Shown here in pieces: positions 57,487-64,000 of a stretch of 64,000 bases of DNA. Below the pieces are notes generated by a model. It did not search any database, was not told the DNA's origin, and saw only the letters and a program-made list of their open reading frames with translations. Position 1 is the first letter of the stretch; each line of letters starts with the position of its first letter. The DNA comes from Lepidodermella squamata. Taxonomy: Eukaryota > Animalia > Gastrotricha. A program made the translations under genes and the position numbers. The stretch covers positions 3,534,001-3,598,000 of the forward strand of contig JBLDXI010000019.1 of assembly GCA_047495785.1 (NCBI GenBank). The letters are read 5' to 3'.

Positions 57487-60400
57487 ATGTTATTTTCAAT
57501 TGTGGCCGTGGTTCTTTTCTCATCCAGAGTCGCAAGCCAGTCGATTAACTGTCGCACACCTCTTTTGCAGCCGCAATATACGTTCGAAGATGTGACGTCT
57601 CGCAACACCAACTTTGACTTCTACCGCTCGGAAGTTGTAAGCTCGGCGAACCTCAATTTTACCCGCATCAGTTCGGATTTGCGGGGAAACGGTATCTGGA
57701 CAAAAAAGGTTAGATTCACCTCACCAAGTTGAAGTTCGTACTTTAAACCGAGATTTCACATAGCCGTTCGTTCTGGACGATTTCTACGTTGAAGCTACTG
57801 TGAAGATGCAACCCATAGCCAACTTGTCATCAATTCGTGGTTTTGGGTTTTTCCTAGCCAATGAGTTGGCTGTAAACCGCGAAACACCAAAGAAAAGCGA
57901 ATTCTCAGTCATTAGCAATAGGCAAATCGGTATATACCCCATGCTAGTATTTCTTTCATTGAATTGAGATCTTTCAGGCATAGCAATGTTTTTCACTCCA
58001 CTGGGAAACGGTGTTATGGGCGGCTGGTTTGCACCTAGTGCGAACCTTACAAAATGGACGAGCTGGATTAACAACAGCTGCGACTCTCTGGAATGGTGTT
58101 ACCAAGGTTCGCCGCGTTTCTTCGTGTCCTTCTTCGCAAATCGTTCGGTCACTTGGAAGCTGAGGTTTCAGATGAACGTGTTGTCAGCGGACGCGTGTTC
58201 AAGTGAGTCGTCTAGCAATTGCACGCGTGTTTTCGACAACATTACGATGCCCACGTCCTTTCAATCGACCTTCGGAAGCATCAACACGTACCTAGGCATG
58301 ATTGGCAGTGTTTACAACACTGAAGCCCTTATCGACCTTTACTCGATCAAAGTCTGGGATTGTGGCACGCCTACTGCTACGCCGGCACCTCAGGTTTGTT
58401 GAATTAGCGGGCGACGGAATATATAAAATCTCACTTTCCGATTAACTTCTAATGTATGGGAAAAAAATAAGGAGTAGGAGTTGATGAATAAACACAAAAA
58501 TTCAACTCATAGTAAACCCAGAATAGATAGAAAAATTCAACGAGAAATTTGTGAACGAGAACTGAAATCAAAATTTGAGAGGACTAAAAATGCTGAACTG
58601 ACGGAAACCCTGAATAAAAGAATTCATTTGAAACAGCTTGCTGCTCGGAATCTCTTGTGCAAAGGTGGAACTTTCCAGTCTCAGTGGTCATTTCAAAGCT
58701 CCTGGGCTGATTTAGCGGGAAAATGGGATATGTACTACGTCCTTGTTCAGAACGCCAGTCAGCCACCGCAAATGCCTGACGCAGTGAGGATGCACACTTT
58801 AGGTGTCAGATCAGCAGCCATGTGGAACAAAAACGTAAATTTTAAAAGACAAATTCATTCTTGAGTTAATCATCTTTTATGAAAAGCGCTTCACTCTGAA
58901 CGATTTTTACATCGAATTTGGCCTTGAAAACAGCGATATAAATTTCTACCAAGGTTTTCTGCTCTTAATAACTAATAACGCTTCAATCACGCGGGAAAGT
59001 GGTTCGCTCAATACAACCTACAACTTCGGAATTAACGGCGGTCAACATACCGGTGAGTTGCTCATGTTGAAGGAATAACTTTCATTAGTCCATTTTCAGG
59101 TCTTTCGGTTTACATTCCGCCTGTTTATTCGTCGGCTCCTCAGATTACTGTTAATCTTCAAGCTCTCAAAGGAGTGCCGAGATGGTGGACCGCTGACTCG
59201 TCTGACGCTTACCAAAATAATTCAGTGCTAATTAAAGAGGCCTACATTAAAGCTCGCTCGCTATGGCAAATTCGTTACAGGAACGGAATTATCACCCTTG
59301 ATGTTTGCCGATTCTGTTCGAACTTCTGTAGCCGAATTATCAGTAGCGCGAATATCACAAAAAACTTCGATTTCAGCAGCGGGAATATGATCTTTGGGGT
59401 GGCTACAACGGACAGTAGTCTTGCTAACCCTACTCCAAACGTCACCTTGATGTCCATTGGGGTTTGGGACTGTTCTACCACCAACTCTACAACATCAGGT
59501 TATTTGTATCAACCCACATGTTCGGTAGAAACCACGACAACAACAACTAGCTCAACAATTACAAAAACCATTACCACTTCGACGACGACTGCAACGACCA
59601 CGACATCCTCCCCGGTCGCCACCTCGGCCACCACCTCGGCCACCGCCACGGCGTCAACTAGCTCGACTGCAACGACAACATTGAGCTCAACTTTGCCCTC
59701 AGCAACAAGTGTGAAGGAATCTACCGTGTCTACTCAAACACAAGCGCTGAGTTCGCCGACATCCAAAGGCGTAGGTACCCAAAGCACAACTTCAGTCGCG
59801 GCTTTCAAGGGTTCAACTTCAGTCAAAAGTCTAGCCGCTACAAAGGCTGAGGACTTGACCGAGGGAGATGGCTATCTAAAAAAGTGGTTGCCACCATCAG
59901 TTGGTCTCTCAGCGAACGTCTGGTCAGCTTGCTCCACTAACTGCAGCATCGGAGTTCAGTGGCGACTTACCTCGAATGGCTCAAAGGAATACCAACAGTG
60001 CAGCTCAACCACCCGATGTGCTACAACGACAGATGAAGCAACTCGGGGCGTCGATCTGCTTTACAAACCTGTGCCAACAGTTGATGGCTATTTCAAAATC
60101 AGAGGTTCGATCAAAACCAAGGTTGCGACAAAACTGAACCCATTCTGCAGATCGAACTTTGCAAAATGTTGCCCTGGTTACACGAACAACAAAACACCGA
60201 CTTCAAACTACGTCGAGGCTGATGAGTTGATCGATTCAAACTACGCGAACACGTCGAAGAAAGCCGATGGTTGCTGTTTCAGAATCACGTATGTCCTCAG
60301 CAAGACTTCTACCAGTAGATTTTGCAGTTCATTCGGAGATTTGAAGGCTGCTGGTCGCAAAAAGCGGGCCGCTGTTGATCCGGCTTCTATCAGTCAGGAA

Positions 60401-60820
60401 GACTTCACGAAGGTGATGGAGGAGACTGAGCCAGATCTTGAAAGCATGATGATGGCTGAATTCGGTTTCTCTTCGAAATTTGACAGCTGCTTGCCGACTG
60501 ACAACCCATGTGTGAGTGAAGATGGGATTGTTGGCGACGGGAATGCACTTGGTTCTAAAGGTAACAGCACTTCTTCATCAACAGGCAGCAGCACGGGCGT
60601 CATCATCGGTTCTGTTTTGGGAGGCGTGGCCTTCCTCTTGCTGATCGGAATAGTCGCCTACTGCTACTACACGAAATCAAAAAATAGGAAGAAGACTTGT
60701 AAAGTTGATCATGAAATCAGGCGGACGCCTTCATCTGTTGGGAGATCGCTTGACTCTAACAATGATTCCTATTTGAAAGCTGTTGCTCTCAAGGCCAAAG
60801 CTAATGGATATCTTCGATGA
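57487..60820 (+). CDS. Membrane glycoprotein paralog 4, apparently intact, ~962 aa, two lectin-like domains and a long Thr/Ser stalk
   Basis: Exons 57487-57708, 57764-57929, 57978-58393, 58637-58834, 58887-59052, 59100-60820 (2889 nt). Signal peptide MLFSIVAVVLFSSRVAS, WSACSTNCSIG, GRKKR, TM VIIGSVLGGVAFLLLIGIVAYCYY. Confidence 0.9.
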
Positions 60821-61538
60821 ACGATCCTGAAAACATAACAAAGATTTCGAAATTCATTTTGAAATTGCCACGATAAAAATCTCACCCGCATCTGAGTCAA
60901 ATATTTAATTCCACTGAGGGCCGCTTGTGTTTTGCGATGAAGAAATAAATAAAAGGTTAAAGTTAGTATTTATTTTTGGCATTTTGGGGCCTGCAAATTG
61001 ATTTTCGCCTCTTAAAGAACATTTGAGCTACTTGTTTAAATAACCGTTACGAAAAAATTTATGAAAAATTACAAGCATCGTAGAATGAACCGAGAGCAAA
61101 AATACAGCCAGAGTATAATTTCGGCTGCTGTCTGCTAAGCTCTAGGGTCTACGCCATCGTGATTAAAATCGTTTGACTGCATCAGTGCAAGGTGCGAAGT
61201 GCAGGGGTGCTGGGGTGTCCCCAGCTCCCAGCTCCGGGACTCCAACCAGAAGAAGGCTGAAAAACCACAGGGGGGACACTTTGTTTCTTTGGCTGGGTAC
61301 CGAATAAACCGAGAAAACACCTCAGTTTCCGGATCCTACTTCGCACACTGCTGCAGTGGGACTAAATGCTTGACGGTAACCGAACGAGACGCTGTTAACA
61401 TGAGAATTTAAACTACAATTTATGTACTTTGTTTTCAAGTCGCGAATTCATACATTCCAGCTATTCAGTTCACCTCATTGTGTCATGAGATAGTCATGAG
61501 TACTATGGTACGCCGCGGCTTGCTAAGAATCAGAAAAG

Positions 61539-61590
61539 GCGTGATATTTTTAATGAGCGCCAACTTGGGACCTCATTAAAAATATCACGC
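61539..61590. repeat. Short hairpin with 19-bp arms
   Basis: GCGTGATATTTTTAATGAG ... CTCATTAAAAATATCACGC. Confidence 0.8.
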
Positions 61591-61774
61591 ATTAAAAATC
61601 CCAAGTCCAACTTGACCAATGAATCATCTCATTACACTTTTTGCAATCAACTCAAGTCTCTTTTTGCTTAAGATTAACGAGATCAACACATCTTTACACA
61701 GCATCTCGCCGATGGTTTCCTGTAAATTAAATCCCAGCAGTTTTTAATTATTGACATTTAAGAAAGGGTCTTAC

Positions 61775-62066
61775 TTTTAGCGGAACCTAATTAGACTGTA
61801 GCGGAATCAAATTTTGGAATTTTCGATGTTCCTAAAACTCATTCGATGCTTATAAGGATGCCATGATTAATATAAATCGGCATAATTTAAAATAAATTAC
61901 CTTTGAATTCCGCGTGAAATTCTGTATCAGCAAGCACTCTTCACTATAGAATTCAAAAATTGCTTTAATTCCGTAGAAATATTCGAAAATGGACCTTTTT
62001 CTTATCTAAAATTAGGTTCCGCAACATGTGTTAGTTCCGCTACAGTCAAATTTGGTTCCGCTAAAA
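61775..62066. mobile_element. MITE-like inverted-repeat element
   Basis: CTTTTAGCGGAACCTAATTAGACTGTAGCGGAA ... TTCCGCTACAGTCAAATTTGGTTCCGCTAAAAG. Confidence 0.65.
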
Positions 62067-62493
62067 GATATTCTCTTTAAAAAACTAAAATTTTATAAAT
62101 CAACATTTTAAATTTCGAAATTGCTGGACTAAAAATTAAATAGTATGCCGCGGAATAATTATGCACAACGGGTGGCAAACGAGGAACGAGGGGTCATGTA
62201 ATGGGAGCTTCAAAGCCACGGCGTCCTATAGTACGCCTCATGCATTGTCTTGGATAAACAGTTCATTTATTGCATGAGACGTAGCTAGGCCGGTATTTTG
62301 ACCAAAACTTGTATAAGAACCAGCCATGTAACACCCGAATTTACACCTGTCAGCCTTAAAAGAGGCTTTATTACGCTCGGATTTCGAGTAGAAAAAGACG
62401 AAAATTATTGTACTAAAAGGAGAACTAACACTTTTACTCAAGCTGTGTTCTCTCTTCAAGTTGCGCAACATACATAAAATTTTCGCATTTTAA

Positions 62494-63078
62494 CCCTCTA
62501 AGGCCGGCAGCTACCTAGTTTATACAACTTGAGTATACTCAAATGAAAAAAATCTTGTATCTTGAGAATGAGGAGCAGCCACCTGACCAAACTTTTCACG
62601 AATGGTCTTCTCATCCATCTGAGTCTTATACCAATGAACTGACCGTATTACGCAATCCTCTGTTGCTTAACACCTGTTCAAATCTGATTATTGCCCATTT
62701 CGATAAAAAGTGCGATTTTTCATCTTAAAACAAGCAACAGACTTATGTTTTTCGCCCAATTTATGAGGGACGTTAGTAGAAACCTGTATTGGCACTAGTT
62801 TGAACTTTTTATATCAAACTGAGTGAATCTTGCTGGCACCCATCGAGTCAAATGGCTTAGATTCCCGATTGAGTATACACATAAAGCATACGAACGCGTG
62901 ATTTGCGTGCTCACCTGTGTTACGCAAATAACGCGGTGAGTATGCGGTTTTCGGAATTGAGAAGCCCAGATGGCTATCTAAAACTGTGCCAAACCGTTAG
63001 TCCGGCAAAATTCGGAAAGTATGAGAATTTAAGGAGAGAAGTCGTAGTTTGAGTATACACGTTCCCGGCCTTAGAGGG
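62494..63078. mobile_element. piggyBac-type MITE
   Basis: TTAA|CCCTCTAAGGCCGG ... CCGGCCTTAGAGGG|TTAA. Confidence 0.9.
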
Positions 63079-63328
63079 TTAATGAAAATTGAATCGTTTC
63101 CTGGATTTTAATCAGGAAATCCTGAAAAACTGTATCCAGCCTAGACCTTTCCGTGGCTTATTCAGAAACTTCGAAATCTTCTCCGAGGCTGGAACCTGGA
63201 TCCAGCTTGGTAACTATGGCACCGGAACATTTCTTCTCTTTTTTTAAATTGACCCCGCTTTAATTCATAAAAATTTCAGGGATATTCAATTTTCTTTTCT
63301 TTTTAAACCCTGAAATTTTAATTTTTAC

Positions 63329-64000
63329 AATAATAATAATAATAATGGTTTTATTTAGTCCTCCTCTCGATTAAGCATCTATACCGTAAAAACGGTTTTG
63401 AGGAGGGCGAAGGCAGGCGAAAGATGGAAATCACCCACCCCCACAGTTGAAGATTCTACTTTTTCCAAAAAATTCATAATCATTCATTGAGTCAACAATG
63501 TTGCGCCATTCAATTTTATCAAAAGAAAGTAATTCAGTCAATTGAAGATCAGGAATAATTTTAATTTCAAATTTATTTTCTTTTTCGCCGGATTTTTTGT
63601 TTTTAGCTGGCTTTTTGCCTTTCTGATTTTTGGGTTGTCTTTTCTTCCGGCGAACTTCCTTAACAATGCCAACCTTGTGTAGACTTCTGTTTATGCCGTT
63701 TATCCACCTAGTTCGAGGTCTGCCTCTCGGTGCGAACCACCCGAACGGAGGTGTCCACGTATAAATCAAGTTCAGAAGGCCGTACTCATCGTAATCACGA
63801 GATCTAATGATGTGTCCTAGATATCTTAAACGCTGTTTTTCAATGATGCGGCTGACTTCGATCAGACCTCCGCACAATGCCAATCTAATGTCAATGTTAG
63901 GAATATAATCCATCAGGTGTATACCTAAAATCGCTCGTAGCCAACGATATTCTAAAACATTCAACCTATTTTCCTGGCTTAAAGAAATATTCCAGGATTC
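63329..64000 (-). mobile_element. 3' end of an RTE-type non-LTR retrotransposon (continues beyond the window)
   Basis: RLNVLEYRWLRAILGI...RLRYLGHIIR...PRGRPRTRW, stop at 63431, short 3' UTR with AATAAA and an (ATT)6 tail. Confidence 0.85.

Noticed and set aside
61140-61410. Possible SINE or structured RNA (GC-rich, hairpin GCTGGGGTGTCCCCAGC)
   Set aside because: No A/B boxes, tRNA cloverleaf, tail or TSD could be supported.

Overview
Eukaryotic DNA, probably from an invertebrate animal, with short (~45-60 bp) GT-AG introns. The organism cannot be identified from the sequence. Host content is a tandem cluster of four paralogous + strand genes for type I membrane glycoproteins. Their architecture is: signal peptide, 2 or 4 Cys-bounded ~200-aa beta-rich domains resembling L-type (ERGIC-53/VIP36-like) lectin domains, a TSP1-like WSxCSxTCGxG motif, a Cys-rich domain with an RKKR furin-type site, an S/T stalk, a TM helix and a short Tyr-motif tail. 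Copy 1 is partial (759-2753). Copy 2 is intact (3639-9067, 4 domains). Copy 3 (12177-50740, 4 domains) is frameshifted and has a 32.3-kb intron. Copy 4 is intact (57487-60820, 2 domains). The giant intron resolves into nested transposons. A TA-flanked MITE was hit 7 bp apart in its right TIR by two CCCTAG...CTAGGG CMC/EnSpm-type elements with 2-bp TSDs. Element A (16982-23014) carries a BEN-like gene and a nested hAT. Element B (23024-48486) carries a 4-exon ~1038-aa transposase plus BEN-like, C2H2 and ankyrin cargo and an antisense DNA-ligase-IV-like OB+BRCT segment. It also hosts a non-autonomous LTR element with identical LTRs and a Sola1-type transposon with a PB1/Myb-like accessory gene. 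The rest of the window holds many MITEs, three LINE fragments and a Cys-repeat pseudogene. All exon models and domain assignments were made by eye and need HMM, structure and RNA-seq confirmation.
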